Shown: positions 37,649 through 53,365, numbered from the stretch's first letter. The stretch: DNA of 64,000 bases from Zootoca vivipara (GCF_963506605.1 NC_083280.1:42532001-42596000), one strand, 5' to 3'. Notes: generated by a model from the sequence alone, not told the origin. Program-made: numbers and translations.

Positions 37649-38919
37649 GTATGGTCTCCATGTTCATGCCACCCTGCTTCTACAGCTCTTGCACAGCAGG
37701 TTGTAGGCCAGCGATGGCGCTTCAAATCTCATTGGACTCTTAACTTCCATTTGTCTTAGCTAGCATCGCCAATGATAAGAGAGAACGGGCTTTCTTCAGC
37801 AACATCTGGAGGACTTCAGGTTCTCAACTCCTGGAGTAAGCAGTAGATCTCTACCTAAAGCCAGGAACTTCCTACCTACCCACCTTTACAGATGTATTCT
37901 AAAAATTGCTGGTGACAAGAAATTGCTTGTTAAACTGCTCTGGGGGGAACACAGGGACTTCCTTACAACTCTCAGCACCCTTAGTAAGGTGCAGTTCCTA
38001 TAATTTTTTGGGGGGAAGACATGACTGTTTACATTTAAAGCACTATGATTCCACTTTATAGTGTGAATGCAGCCTCAGCCTCAGAGCTCTTCCTAAGCAA
38101 CTGGTGTTACCTGCTCCTAAAGCTGTTGTGCAGATGTAAAATAGTTATGGCCATATGTCATCAACAGTGGTCTCTTAATAAATCCATGGCTTAGAGCATC
38201 CTTTGCTTAAAACTGTGTTCATTGGTTATATTGCAGTGTGTTCAAAACTGGAGCAAATGTGCTTTGTATTGTACTCGGGCATAGCGTGTAAACAGAATCT
38301 GCTGACAGGTACAGAGTTTAGCCTCTTACCAACCTCAGCTTTCAGCTTGCTGTATGTAAGTTGTAGCTGTTACAGCTGAAAATATAGATGCAGAAGTATG
38401 TGGGTGATGTGCAGTTTCGGAAACCGGAGGGGCAAAGCTTTCTCTAGTTCCTGCCCTCTTCTCCTCATTAACAGAATCAGAATTTATGTATGCAGAGTAA
38501 GTAAACATGTAAATGTAATTCATTTGCATTATTTGTACAGTTCACAAAATTTATTCTCCCTTTGAACAGAATTTTAAATTCTTTAAACATGGAGGATACA
38601 AAGACAGCTAGATCAGCAAGGTTTGGCTTCTGTGGCCAACCAGATGTTGCTAGACATCACCTCTGATTGTTGCTCATATGGCTGGGGCTGAGAATTGGGC
38701 GGGTCAGTTTTACTACTGCTAATCTAGAGGAAAAGGAGAGCAAGTGTGCTTTTCACAACTAGCAAGAGAACTTTCAAATGCAGTAGTAGCCACACCTGTA
38801 AATTATTTCCTCCTTTACTTGTAGAAATTCTCTTCTTATTGCCTGTACATATTGCTTACTTCTCCAGAAGAGATAACATACTACTCCATTTCTTAATGGG
38901 TGCCTTTGTTCTCCTATAG

Positions 38920-39082
38920 GATTGAAGACCGCACCACATCATGTGCTGATGCTGATGGCTGCAGCAATAGTGATAAGGAGATAGATACAGCTGATCAAAC
39001 CAGCCACTACACTGCTTCCCACTACAGGAAGAAAAAAAGTGGAATGGGAACTGCAGACTACCTGCACCAGCTCCGTCGGTGA
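38920..39082 (+). CDS. AVPI1: AVPI1 coding exon 2
   Basis: Acceptor ctcctatAG; RIEDR...GTADYLHQLRR* resembles mammalian ...SYLHQIRH; total 161 aa; AATAAA at 39356-39361. Confidence 0.88.
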
Positions 39083-40125
39083 GCAACTGAACCTGATGGC
39101 AACAGTTGTAGTTAAATGTCACTGTACGGAACAGGAGTAGCCTGAACCCAAGGGGGGTTCGTATGGAAGATGCACTTCTCTCACAGCAAAAAGTTTTCGT
39201 ATAATATCCTCTGTGCTTCACACTGGCAAAAATGGCGGATAAACTTGAAACCAACCCTCCTCTTTCAAGCACTACCTGTTCTGGTTTTCAGACTTGACCA
39301 CATCTGGCTATGACAAAGCACAAACACTACAGATTGAATGTACCTGGTCATATTTAATAAAGCTTATTATACAGTCCCCTCTATGAAAGCACTTTGTGAA
39401 TGCAAGTAGTAATTGCTTAAATTGCACCAATGTCTTTAGTTCAGCACTGTATTTTGCATAATCAGATGCTTCTGAGAAGTCCACAAGGAGTGTGAAGGTA
39501 ACCGCTTTCTTGTTGGCTCCCACTCAGTAATTTGTATTTGGAGGCAGGCTGCCCCAGCTGCATGAAAACTATGTGGCACCTTCATGTAAGCAGGGCTGTC
39601 CCTAATGAGTTTGTCTAGCCTCCTTTTAAGATCGGCTAGAGTCACGTCTTGAAGTGGATTTCCTAATTATGCCAATGTGTCAATTGCCTCTTCTAAATCT
39701 GAGGGGAGTCAAGTGTTGGGGTTGTGGGATGGATTATTAAGGGTCTGGGTTTGCACCAAAAGCACCGTCTACAGATAGCCTTAGAAAGTCTCACTTTCTG
39801 CAAGACTAGCTGTCTTCATAAGTTCTCTTCGCCCACCTAGTTGTGAGGGTGGTCACTCCATCCTATACAAAGAATAATAATGGGACAGGGCAAGTATAAT
39901 GCTCTTTCACTCTGTAGGTGTGATCACATTGACTGGGGAGTAGTTCCCATACTGCTATTATACAGGAGGTCAGTCCTTTGAAAAACTGTGTGTTTGAAAA
40001 AGTTATGAGATGGAGTGAGGGGCCCATACACAGTCCTGGTAATTCCAAAAGAGAACAGGAACTAAGGCTCCATTAAGTTTAAACAGTCTTCTGCCTATAT
40101 GTACTGTACTCACATACCCCTGTTG

Positions 40126-40463
40126 GTGGGTGGCGCTGTGGGTTAAACCACTGAGCCTAGGGCTTGCCAATCAGAAGGTCGGCGGTTCAAATCCCCGCGA
40201 CAGGGTGAGCTCCCATTGCTCGGTCCCAGCTCCTGCCAACCTAGCAGTTCGAAAGCACGTCAGTGCAAGTAGATAAATAGGTGGGAAGGTACAGTGGGAA
40301 GGTAAACGGTGTTTCCGTGTGCTGCTCTGGTTCGCCAGAAGTGGTTTTGTCATGCTGGCCACATGACCCGGAAGCTGTACGCCGGCTCCCTCGGCCAATA
40401 ATGTGAGATGAACGCCGCAACCCCAGAGTCAGTCACGACTGGACCTAATGGTCAGGGGTCCTT
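40126..40463 (+). mobile_element. Sauria (Squam1) SINE between the AVPI1 and PI4K2A 3' ends
   Basis: Near full-length body; perfect 11-bp TSD TACCCCTGTTG. Confidence 0.92.
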
Positions 40464-42742
40464 TACCCCTGTTGAACAACCAGAAGTCTGCCCATTTGGG
40501 TGCCTAGCTATAATAGCTCTCTCAAGGCAAGGTGGTGGTCTTGCGCACAATCAGCTTCATACTTGGTGCAGACGTTGGGCAACTTGTTTTTTCTTTTAAC
40601 AGTACAGATTTTATATTGCCAAAATAGAAGTGAATACTAACACATTAAGGGTATATGTTGTGTTAAATATCACTTCGAGCCAGGGCCATCCAAGCTAACA
40701 GGATGAAATGCATGATTCTTTCTCCTAAAGGCTATAAAAGGATCAGGAAGGTTTTTCTGCAGGTGGTAAAGGGGTAGAGAATATGTGGTCCTTCAGATGT
40801 TTTTAGACTCTTAACTCCAGTCAGCCCCAGCTAGCATGGCCAGTAACTGGGGATAGTGGAATTTATAGCCTGGAACATCTGGCAGGCAGGTCACAGCTTC
40901 CCCACCCCTGCATTAAAAAAAGGCCCATGAGTGCAGGCCAGCTTCCCATCCCATGCTTTACAATACAAAAAAGTCAAACACAAGGAAGGACTTTCCAATG
41001 ATGTATGCGGTGTAAGCTTCACCTAGTGGGGAATATTCATACTGCAGGGGAAGTAGAGAGCAAGTGTGAGCCATGACACAATTGCAAGCAGCAGCACTAT
41101 TGCAATGAGGAGAGCAGGGAAGAAAATTCAGTTCCCATTAACACAAGCAGACCAAAAAAAAAAAAACCACGCAAGAGACTGGCTCTGCAACTGCAGACCT
41201 GTTATGAAGATACTTGCATTGATTTAAATATATTACATACATTTCTACAGTGCATAAGAACGATACATTTCAGTTCAGGCTGGCAAAAAGGAAAAGAACC
41301 CGTGCCTGGCATCAAGTACATCAGCTTCAGCCTGGCACCTCAGGCATACAGCAGGGAATTGTCCCCCAAGTGAGAAAGAGGCACACCCCCCACATACAGG
41401 GCACCAGGCGCCTGCTCTGAACAGCAGAGAAGCTGGTCTCGATGCAAGGCTTCTCCTCGCAGGCCTGAGTGGCAGCCAAATCAGCAACACCCAAGGAGAA
41501 ATCAGGACACTTATATGGACAATTTCAGAGGGAAACTTGATGCCAGGGATTTAGCACAGAGGCTTTCAAAAAGCAGCATTCACTGTACCATTCCACTGCA
41601 CATGGGGGTGTAAAGGGCCTCGGTATGGTAGTGATCCTAATGTGAGTGCTTCCCCTTATGAGGATGCGGTGAGGGCATTTCCCCCATGGCAGCAGGCAAC
41701 CCCACCCAGAGAACCTCCTCCCCCCTCCCGATTGTCAATGCCCAAACGCAGCCCAAGGGAGGATTCTACCTCTGGCAGTGGCCTCTTTTCTGCCTCCCGC
41801 TCACCCCAGCATTGGCAGAGAAGAGGCACAGCTATTACTTCCCCTAGGGATCAGACTAGATGGGTGTGAAATACTAGCCCAAGGCTAACAGTGCTAGGAT
41901 ATAGTGATCCTCTCAGTTGCTCCGGGACTACATGGAAAACAAGTGTATGCACTTGGGTTCAATTATTTAAAACCAATGTTAAAATCTACTATTTGAGGCA
42001 TTTACTCCCTTGCAGAAGGAAGGGAAGGAAGCACAGCAGTTATACTCTTTCAGGACCTACCTTCTAATATTTACCGTTACCCCAGGCAGACAAAAGCTGC
42101 ACCAACAGGCTCTAGTCCGACCCTTAAAGTTCTTCTTTCCTCTCTATCCCAACTTGCATCCTCCCAGGAGCAGTCGGTGGCAGCTGTGCTCCTTATGGAT
42201 AGCCCCAAGACATGACTGGTGCCTACAGCACTAGGAGGAGCTCGGTAGGACCACAGATAACAGAGCAAACCTAGTGGAGCAGGGCCCCCCCCTCCACTGC
42301 AGGATAAAACAGGGTGCAGGAAGGGAGGGAGGAATATCAAGGCTGGGAGTTGCACACAGCAGGAGCACTTCTATCCAACTCAGATCATCCCCCTTCATTG
42401 CCAGCCTTCCCAGGCAGAGGACCCTGGGGGTGTTCTCCACCCAGATGGCCATTAGAGGGACGGCTTGAAACCAAAGGATGCTGCATGCAGGCACCTGCTG
42501 GGAGATGCTGCCATGCTCAGGCTGGGGAGCGGGCGGGCATTTCTGCCCGCAGCAAGAGGGGGGGAGCAGTCAGGTCTAAGGAAGGGCCTCCCTTCCTGCT
42601 GGGAATGTGCAGAGTTGAGGCTGGCTGGTAGCGCCTGCTTACATCTCCCACTGGCAGCAGCACAGCGGCCTCAGTCTGGAGGATTGGCTGCCCGCTGTCA
42701 AGTGATTAACTCGGGTTCCTCGATGAGTCGCAGAGGCCTCTG

Positions 42743-42904
<162 letters not shown>

Positions 42905-42907
42905 CTA

Positions 42908-43075
<168 letters not shown>

Positions 43076-43207
43076 CTACAAAAGAGACAGCAACAGATAG
43101 ACAGACACGATTAGGGTGGGTGCTGCATACAAATCTCTTCTTGTCTTCTGTTCTTATGGAGAGGAATAGGTTCAGTTACCCCCCCCCCCAAGCATCCACA
43201 CAAATTA

Positions 43208-43435
<228 letters not shown>

Positions 43436-43624
43436 TTAACAGCCTTGTTACAAGGGCAACATCCCATAAAGGACACTGAAGATGTCTCAATCCTAGTACC
43501 GGAGGCCCTGAATATCCTGGACTGCACATGGAAACACAAGACAGTTAGCCCTTAAAGAGCACCCTGGACCAGCCAGAAACACTTGCTTACTGGGAATCTG
43601 CTTGGGTTCTGGTGCTTGGGACTA

Positions 43625-43729
<105 letters not shown>

Positions 43730-43870
43730 CTACAGAGAGGGAAGAATGTTGAACCAGAAAAGGGTACTGTTATATTTGTTACTTTTTATTGGAAAATGGT
43801 TCAAAGCATGGAAACAAATAAACTTTAAAACCAAATATAAGAGCAAGAATAAAACAATATCCTAAAATGT

Positions 43871-43875
<5 letters not shown>

Positions 43876-43926
<51 letters not shown>
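43876..43926. repeat. (CA)n microsatellite in PI4K2A intron 5
   Basis: Direct reading. Confidence 0.95.
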
Positions 43927-43929
<3 letters not shown>

Positions 43930-45491
43930 GCTCTGCCCCACTACTCACTGTTTATCAACCGCAACTCCACTGCTCTTCCCGCATTAACCCTCTACAGATT
44001 CCCCTTCCCACCCCGTGCAACTACCTAATCCCCTTTTTACCTTCCCAAACTAATTTTTGAAGCCACTTGTCTCTTCTATTCTATTCTGCAGCTCCGCTTT
44101 GTACTCGTTTTCACCTTCACCCCCACATCCATGCCTGCCTCCCTCTCCTTTTGTGCAACACCCCACCTCTGCACACAGACCACTCCCCTGGTAAGCTCCT
44201 CCATCTTCCTCTTCCCACATATTGCAACTACCAAGCACCTTTGCAGCTTCCACCCTATTATGAAGCCACCACCCACTCCTATTCTGCAGCCCCTTTTGTA
44301 CCTTTGGTTTGCTCTTCACCTTAATTTCCATGCCTTTTCTTGCAACCCCTCTTTACACCTTCACTCCCTTTTTCCTCCCTCCACCTGCTTCCTTTTTTAA
44401 TCTCCTCCTTGCACACAGACCACCCCCATTTCCAAGCCTCTCCTCTCCTATTATGTAGCCCTTTGCACACACACATACCCAGTGATTATATATATATAAC
44501 TGTATCTTTAAGATGAATAGAATCTTAAGAGCAAGTTTGTCAGTTAGCTTGTTCAGTTTTGCAAAATTGGCTGTTTGCTTGTTTTATTAATTAGCAGCTG
44601 AATCTGTTCTAAGTAACTAAGTTGAATCTGGAACTTCATGCTGAATATCATACATGGTACCAGGAGTGGAATATGTTGTGTGAAGGTACTATAAAATATT
44701 TTAGGGCTCCACATCCTTAATCTTTCTTACATGAGGCTGCTGAAGAATGGAAGAGGGAGAGGTTTGAATACAGTGAGAAGGGAGAAATACTGAAAGGAAA
44801 ATATATGTTTTAAACAATGGCAGATGTTTAAATAAAGCAAGAGCATGGGGACAATGGGGGGTGGCGGCGGCAAGGTTTTAGTACAGCAAGAAGTTAGTCC
44901 ACACCTTCCTTGGAGGGGACCTCAGATAATGAATGCAAGATTCATGTGGTGCAAGGCAGTCCTTGAGGTTACTAGGATATACTCCCAAGTATAATTCCAG
45001 AATAGCCGAGAGGGGCAATCCAAGACTCACCATCCCAAAAGCAACATAATGGGCACTGCTTATACTACCAAAAGTTCTAACCAAGCCCTACCTCAAATCT
45101 TCTCTGCCCCCATCCCCCCCCCCGGCCCAAAGGGAGTCCAAGCATTGCTAATGGGCATAGCAAGTCTAGCACTCCTTTGACAATACCTTCTCCCTTCCAG
45201 TTTTGCCCCTCTGCAAGCTTGCTAGAGCCATGATGCTAGCTTTCTGTTTTCTGGCACTCACCGGAAAGGGCTCAGCAACTTCTGGACTCTCCCATGTCTT
45301 ATTGTCAGGCTATACACTGAAGACCAACTTTCTATATCACTCAGAACTAAGGGCTGTCACTCCACAAGCAGCAAGTTGCCACCTAGTCTACCTGGGCCTA
45401 AGACATGTTTAGCAGCTATGGCGCCTGATTAGAGACATTCCCTGAAATTTGGCCCTTCCTCAATGCTGCATACCAATTCCTTCCAGTCTCA

Positions 45492-46170
<679 letters not shown>

Positions 46171-46201
46171 TCAGTGGCATAAAACATTTCTGGGCACCTT
46201 A

Positions 46202-46405
<204 letters not shown>

Positions 46406-47087
46406 CTATTTACAGAACATGGTAAAAATCTAGGCATATCCAGGTCTGCCTACTTTATTAAAAAAAACCGAAAACCTACACATCACAAAGTCTGAGCATA
46501 ATTTATTGACCTGAAAAATTACAATGGGGTGGGAAGAGTAAAAGACAAGCATCATCAACCCTATACCCTCTAGCAGCGTTGTTAAAAAGTAAAGAAAAGT
46601 AGATAGTACTTTAAAAGGAATATAAACATTCCATGCTTATGGTTACAACTTTTCTTCATCTGTAGTCTTCATCTGTAGTCACGTTCTTCTAACTACTTCT
46701 ACATGTAGTTCCTATCCCAAAACTTAAATATGGAGATCAAACTCAAGAATGCAGTAACCAAATTAATGCAAAAACCAGCAACTCTCCACAATTGACAAAG
46801 GACAAATTTATTTATGAATGAATGAATGAATGGAATATAATAATTCTGGGATTACTCCCAGTTGCTTCTTCCCTCAATTGCTGTTCTCCCTGCTTCTAAT
46901 CAAAAGACAGAAGTCCTCACTGGGCTAGGAGTGAGAAATACCAATAGATATATAGGAACAAACTATTAAGATAAGAGACAGAAGTGGAGGCTGGATGAAA
47001 GGCAGGATTTTATTATTTAGGAAGTAGGCACTGGGGATCTCACACAGAAACACACAGGTCTCTATCCAGGCATCCTATCCACTATTA

Positions 47088-47354
<267 letters not shown>

Positions 47355-47837
47355 TTAATTCAAGCTGGGCACGGCAAGGGCAGTCAACCCCCACAACACA
47401 TGGCAGAGTACCAGGCTCTTGCCAAACAGATCAATATTGTAGAAAGAGAAGGGGTTAGAGGTCTTCTTTGCTAAGAGCTACACATTTACAAGAATGCTTC
47501 CAGTTAAAACATACACATCCGTCACAAGGGACCTGGTGCCCCACTTTTCAAGAGGAGACCTTCAACCAATAGTTCTCATTTTTCACTCCCAAGAGTTCAG
47601 GCAGCCAAGCTGAGTGCACATTCTCTGAACAAACATATTACCTAGTACAACAGTTCTTAACTGCAGTGGGGAAATCTGTGACCCTTGAGGGGTTGTTGGA
47701 CCCAACTCCTATCAGCCCCAGCCAGCATGGTCACTGATCAGGAATGGTGGGAGTTGGGAGTCCAACAACATATGGAAGGCTACAGGTCCCCTACCCTGTC
47801 TTAATCAAATAATTCCAAAATTAAAAACTGGTAAAAT

Positions 47838-48217
47838 TAGTCTCTTTAGCCTGGAAATGAGGAGACTGAGAGGACATATGATAGCCATCTTCCAATATCT
47901 AAAGGGCTGCCACATGGAAGATGGAGCAACCTTGTTTTCACCTGCTCCAGAGGTTAGAAGCCGAACTAATGGATCCAAGTTACAAGACAGGAGACTCTGA
48001 CTAAATATCAGGAAGAATTTTCTGACAGTTAGAGTTGTTCAACAGTGGAACAGATTCCCATGAGAGGTGGTAGACTCTCCTTCTTTGGAGGTTTTTAAAC
48101 AGAGGTTGGATGGCCATCTGTCATAGACGCTTTAGCTGAGATTCCTGCACTGCAGGAGGTTGAACTACTAGATGACCCTTGGGGTCCCTTCCAACTCTAC
48201 AGTTCTATGATTCTATA
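47838..48217 (+). mobile_element. CR1 LINE 3' fragment
   Basis: ORF2 C-terminal remnant (LFSLEMRRLRGHMIAIFQYLKG); 3'UTR GGTCCCTTCCAACTCT and TTCTATGATTCTAT tail. Confidence 0.88.
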
Positions 48218-48293
48218 ATCCAGGTGCACAATGATCTAAATAATCAGCCAAGCAGACTGATCAGTTCCACCTCCTGGGACTGATCGGCTACAC

Positions 48294-48431
48294 CAGTGTT
48301 TCTCAACCAGTGTGCCTCCAGATGTTTTGGGACTACAACTCCCATCATCCCTAGCTAGCAAGACCAGTGGTCAGGAATGATGGGAGTTGTAGTCCCAAAA
48401 CATCTGGAGGCACACTGGTTGAGAAACACTG
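48294..48431. mobile_element. Young palindromic hAT MITE
   Basis: 55-bp perfect TIR starting CAGTGTTTCTCAACC; perfect TSD GGCTACAC. Confidence 0.92.
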
Positions 48432-51400
48432 GGCTACACCTCACTGGTTAGGTAGGTATAACGAAGTTTATGGCATCTCTTGTTGGGAAATTTACTAGGA
48501 AGTTTCACTTCCCTGTCCACATAGCATGCAATTTAAAGCACTCGAACTGAGAGCTACAATTAGCTGCTGCATCAGCAGCAGGGGAATGGGGCCTTCCATC
48601 GTAAAGCAATGTCTCAAACCTTTTGAGTTCCGGTCCCCTTCTAAAACTTACTTACCCCCTCCTTCTAAGCCCATTCAACCCCATTGTCAGTGCTCTCTTT
48701 AGTCAGGGTGTGCACAGAGAACTTACTGTGGCATAAATATCCAGCCTTTCCTACCACAAGTCCTTTTGGTTTCTCTATAGAGTCCCACCCTCGGTCTCAG
48801 AGAAAGATTGCCATGTCATTTTTTACAACAGTGAGATGCAAACAAGCAGCTGCCGCTTCTCATCTCAGGATGACTCTAGCAGGATGACGCTCAGTCAGGA
48901 GACAAAGATCCTGGGGAACTCCGGAAAGGAAGTAAAGTGTACAGAGTGCCACATGTTACCAAAAACTCTTCCCGCCCCTCCTGATACTTTGTAAGCCTGG
49001 TAGACTGTGCTCCACAGATAGAGAATCTGTGGCCCTCTAAGATGTCAGACTACAACACCCATCAGCCCCAGTTGGCATGGCCAATAATATGAAAAACTGT
49101 AGTCAAGCAGCCACTGGAGGGCTACAGGTTCTCCACCCCTTCTCTGTCCCCACACCAACAACAATACTGTACTAGCATGCCATATAAGATTACCAAAGCG
49201 ACAGGCACACAGCTTAGGAAAGGTCCACACTCTGGAACAGTTTCTGGGGACTCAGCTACATTGGTAAAGAAAAAACACTTTATATGTGTTGTTTATGCAT
49301 TCTAACACTGTGACACCAGATGGCGCTGTGGAATTCCATTTTTGCTAACCCGATTTCTCATACAACGTTTGCAACGCATTTAACAGAAACGTTTCTTTGA
49401 TGTGCCTAGTTCCAACCTAGGACACTGATTTAAGGAAGGAGTAGATGTATGTGTGCAACCACTAGATGGAGCACTAGTTGATTACTTATTACTTACAAGC
49501 ACCAGGCCATTTGCTGCCTACACTATAGCCTGGCCTATTCCACGAATGCACCACCAGCAGGTCCTGGATTCTGGGTAGCTGAAACTGCATGACATAAGTC
49601 AACATAGGAGGCTACCTTCCACAGAAGATCCTGCATTAAAAAAATTATGAGCATTTGTTTTTTAACAGAACATACTAGGCCTCATGACTGCAGGTGAACC
49701 CTCTGAAGATACAATGGGTATTTCTACTAAAACTTTGAAAATCAAATACGAGGAGTAGAGTTCCTTCAGTCAGCTGCTCCCTCCCACCCACGGCCTTTTC
49801 ACTCATACTGCTCTGTAATCAGAATCTTCCAATTTGTGACAAAAAAAAAGGACAGATATGCACACAAAACACATGCAACGCAAAAGCAAAATTGGCACGC
49901 TTTTTTCCTAGGTTCTGGATTGTATAGTAACAGAAGGTTGGAGCTTCGGCACACAATTCTAGATATACCAAATAGATTCAAGGCTCTTAGTAAAGGGGAG
50001 CTAAGAGTTAAAAAGGATGGGAACATCGTGACTGGCATAGAAACCGAAAAAAAATGTAATATGTAATAAGCCAGCCAGGCTCCTGGATACTATATACAGT
50101 ATTCAAATGCCAGGCCTATGCTTTGGATGATGCCATTAAACATGTCTGTTTACCTGGATGGGAAACCCTGGCAATCTACCAGAATCAAAATTCCTCTTTC
50201 CTGATACCCCTGAATATCATGTATGTTGGCTGCTCTCACTTTCCCTCTCTAGGCAGCTGCACTGCTGAGGAAGCCATGTCTTCTAGCTGGTCGGTTCCAT
50301 ACTAGATGTTAGAGAATTCTCTCTCCCAGCCATGTACCAAGAGATGACTTTTTAAACCATGGGGCAGAGAGGACACAAGAGTTGCCATCACAGTTAGTAG
50401 AAAGGCAGGGCCAGCAGCGTATCTCCAGTCACACATACAACAGTTATATCCAACCATCTACCAATGGCACACACAAACACACATATAAAGAGGTCAGGTC
50501 TAATTGGCAGCAACTAACCCAGAAATCACAGCCTCCCCCACAAAGCTCTGGCTGAAGTGGCTCCTTTCTAATGAACAAGCAAAACTGGAGGAAGTAGTGC
50601 TGCATCGATCCATTTGCCTTCACCTAGGGCAGCAGCACAAAGACCAGGCTGACTCATCCCGGCGGAATCTCCCACAAACTGAGCTAAAAGGGAAGTGAAT
50701 CCAAAACCCAAACCAGACAGGAAGAAGAAGCTGGATCACTATAACAAAACTGGCATGGCCAACAAATAAGTCATGCTTTTTCATACAATCAACACATGCA
50801 ACTCAGAAAGAGGAAGCTACAGTAAATTAATCTGGTTAGTTATGACGGGTCACAAGGAGAGCCACATGGCCATGCACACAGTCAGTCCTCACATAGGCAT
50901 GAAGAATAAACTGCAGCTGACCGGAACCACAGCACATGCTAATCCATTTATAGTAGGATCAGTTATTCGAGAACTCAGCCCACAGAACCCAACACAAGAC
51001 AGATATGCCCAATTCCTTGTAAGTACAGTGATACAGCAAGCCAGAGGAGAAAGCAAAGCCTCAGGATTATTCTCTGCTTAGATTTATTCATTTACAATAC
51101 TTATAGCCTGCTTTATAGTCTCAGAGGCTCTCAAGATGGCTTACAGAAGATAAAATCGCACTCCATTCTAGTACAGGAACAGAAATGACATGATGCCCCT
51201 AAATAACTATGATTATTCAGACAATGTTCCCTGCCTTTTTTATGTTCTTATCAAGTGTCATACCAAGCAGCAGCTCCCACCGAAATCCTAAGGCAAAGGA
51301 GTAGGGCTCGGAAGCTGGACCTCACTCAATCCATGATAGAAGCAGTCTTCCCTTCCTGGAAGCAGGCAAGGGAGTGGAGCAAACAAGAAAATAATGGGCT

Positions 51401-52264
51401 AGAACTTAAAAAGGGGAATGCTAGTGAATCTAACAGATCTCCTCTCTTAAGTCATGGTTAGGCATGAATGCATACATCTTGCTTTCATTCAATACATGCT
51501 TACCCAAATCTGCTTGAAAAAAACAACAGTAGTATTGCTTTAAAAAAATACACATGCTAGAATCAACAAACTGAATAAAAGGACTCAATCTGCTTTTAAA
51601 AAACTTCCAATGACATGAATGTCAGTGTTTCCCAGGACAGCCCAAGTATGTTTACTGCATGGAAGGTTTAACACACTTAAAACCCATTATTGTGCCCTTA
51701 ATTCCACTATTTACATAGCACTGCTACCAGCATGCATACCATTTTATGGTGCAACAAGAAAAAAAAATTGTTTCAATTAGTTTGCCATCTGAAATAGGCA
51801 CAAAGTAGTTGATCTACCATTTTTTTATAGATTTTTTTTATGCCCTCTTGACAAACCTGGGTTTCAAACGGGAAGAATTAAGTCACTAGATAAACAGTCA
51901 TTGATGTCTGCTAATGGGGGAATACCCAAAGCAGCATATGGTATTCAAAGATTAGAAAGTAGACTGGGTAAATATTAGCAGTGGTGACCTGGAATTCTTC
52001 ATAGCAAAGGGCAAAGGGTAGAGTACATAACCTGAAATTTGAAAGAGACCAGTCTGAATATTCTTCTACAAATTAGGCATGTATAGTTCTTTCAGTTTTT
52101 CTCCCAAAATAAAGCCCCCGCCATCTTGATATCTCAACCAGATTTTACAGATGTTTAAAATGCAGAGATGAGCTTAAAGAACAGAAGTTACAATGCCAGT
52201 TTTATCCAAAAGACCAAAAAGTTCAGGAAGCACACAATCAGGAAAGGAAGCTGATCAGCTGCTC

Positions 52265-52385
52265 CATGTGCATAGCCAGGATTGGGGGGGGGGCGCAGAA
52301 CCTCAGTTAACTCTGTATATTCATTGATTTTTATTGATTTAGGGGGGGCAGCTGCCCCTTCCTGCCGCCCTTGACTACGCCAATG
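52265..52385. mobile_element. hAT MITE (GGCGTAGCC family, degenerate)
   Basis: Perfect TSD AGCTGCTC; internal AT tract shared with the 22785-24227 element. Confidence 0.8.
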
Positions 52386-52702
52386 AGCTGCTCCCAGACA
52401 CCAACCGTCATTCTCCGCAAAAGGATCTATCTGCCTTACAAGCATACAGCTGTTGCATCAGCAAGCACACAAGAACTTCAAGTGAATTTGTTCAGCTCTC
52501 CCTCTAATGGGGTCATATTCAAATGAGCTAGGTTTCTTGAGCCACTTGTAAAGTGGAGCCGCAAGCTGGAAGCAGTATTAGTTGAGTAACTTTTGGTTAA
52601 ACTACACACTCACACTAACAAAACAATACCATATAACCCCTGCTCCAAACCCATCTGAACACTGGGGAAATCAGCAGGGAGTTCACAATGTCCAGCCACA
52701 CT

Positions 52703-52898
52703 CATAGGAGCCAACTCTTAGGGACCAAGGTACCTTTGGCCCCCCCAATAAAATATTTGAGGGGCCAGGGCTCCCCAAAGTTGATGGGCATTGCCATTCA
52801 AATGGTGTGGGTGTGTGGGTGTCGTGTCATGTCATGTGATCAGTTATGTGGGACAGAGCTTACATCCCCCCAATATTTTATTTAAGTTGGCACCCGTT
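52703..52898. mobile_element. hAT-like MITE
   Basis: TIR-like CATAGGAGCCAAC / GTTGGCACCCGTT; TSD GCCACACT. Confidence 0.7.
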
Positions 52899-52992
52899 GC
52901 CACACTAAAGATATTGTTACCAAAGTGTCAATCTAATTTCTATCCATATGCCCCCATGTACAAAAACTACCAGTATATGGTATACTCTAGAG

Positions 52993-53148
52993 CAGGGGTC
53001 AGCAAACTTTTTCAGCAGGGGGCCAGTCCACTGTCCCTTGTGGGGGGCCAGACTATATTTTGGAAGGGGGGAAAAGAACGAATTTCTATGCCCCACAAAT
53101 ACACAAATAACCCAGAGATGCCCCCGGGCCTTAGTTTGCCTACCCATG
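52993..53148. mobile_element. hAT (Charlie-like) MITE
   Basis: CAGGGGTCAGCAAACT / AGTTTGCCTACCCATG; TSD CTCTAGAG/CTCTAGAA. Confidence 0.82.
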
Positions 53149-53264
53149 CTCTAGAAGCTTACCAGGAAGAATCCTGCGCCAGTAATACCGCCTAGGGCAG
53201 TCGGGCCACGTGCCTTCTCCTTCAAGATCAGAAAGAGACAGATCCAACTAAAGAAACACATTAT

Positions 53265-53365
53265 GAAGAAACAAAATTTAAAAATTTCTTCCAGTAGCAC
53301 CTTAGAGACCAATTAAGTTTGTTATTGGTATGAGCTTTCGTGTGCATGCATACGTCTTCAGATAG
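53265..53365. mobile_element. Penelope-like element terminal fragment
   Basis: AGTAGCACCTTAGAGACCAA...ATGAGCTTTCGTGTGCATGCA..CTTCAGATA, recalled as typical of reptile Penelope termini. Confidence 0.55.
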
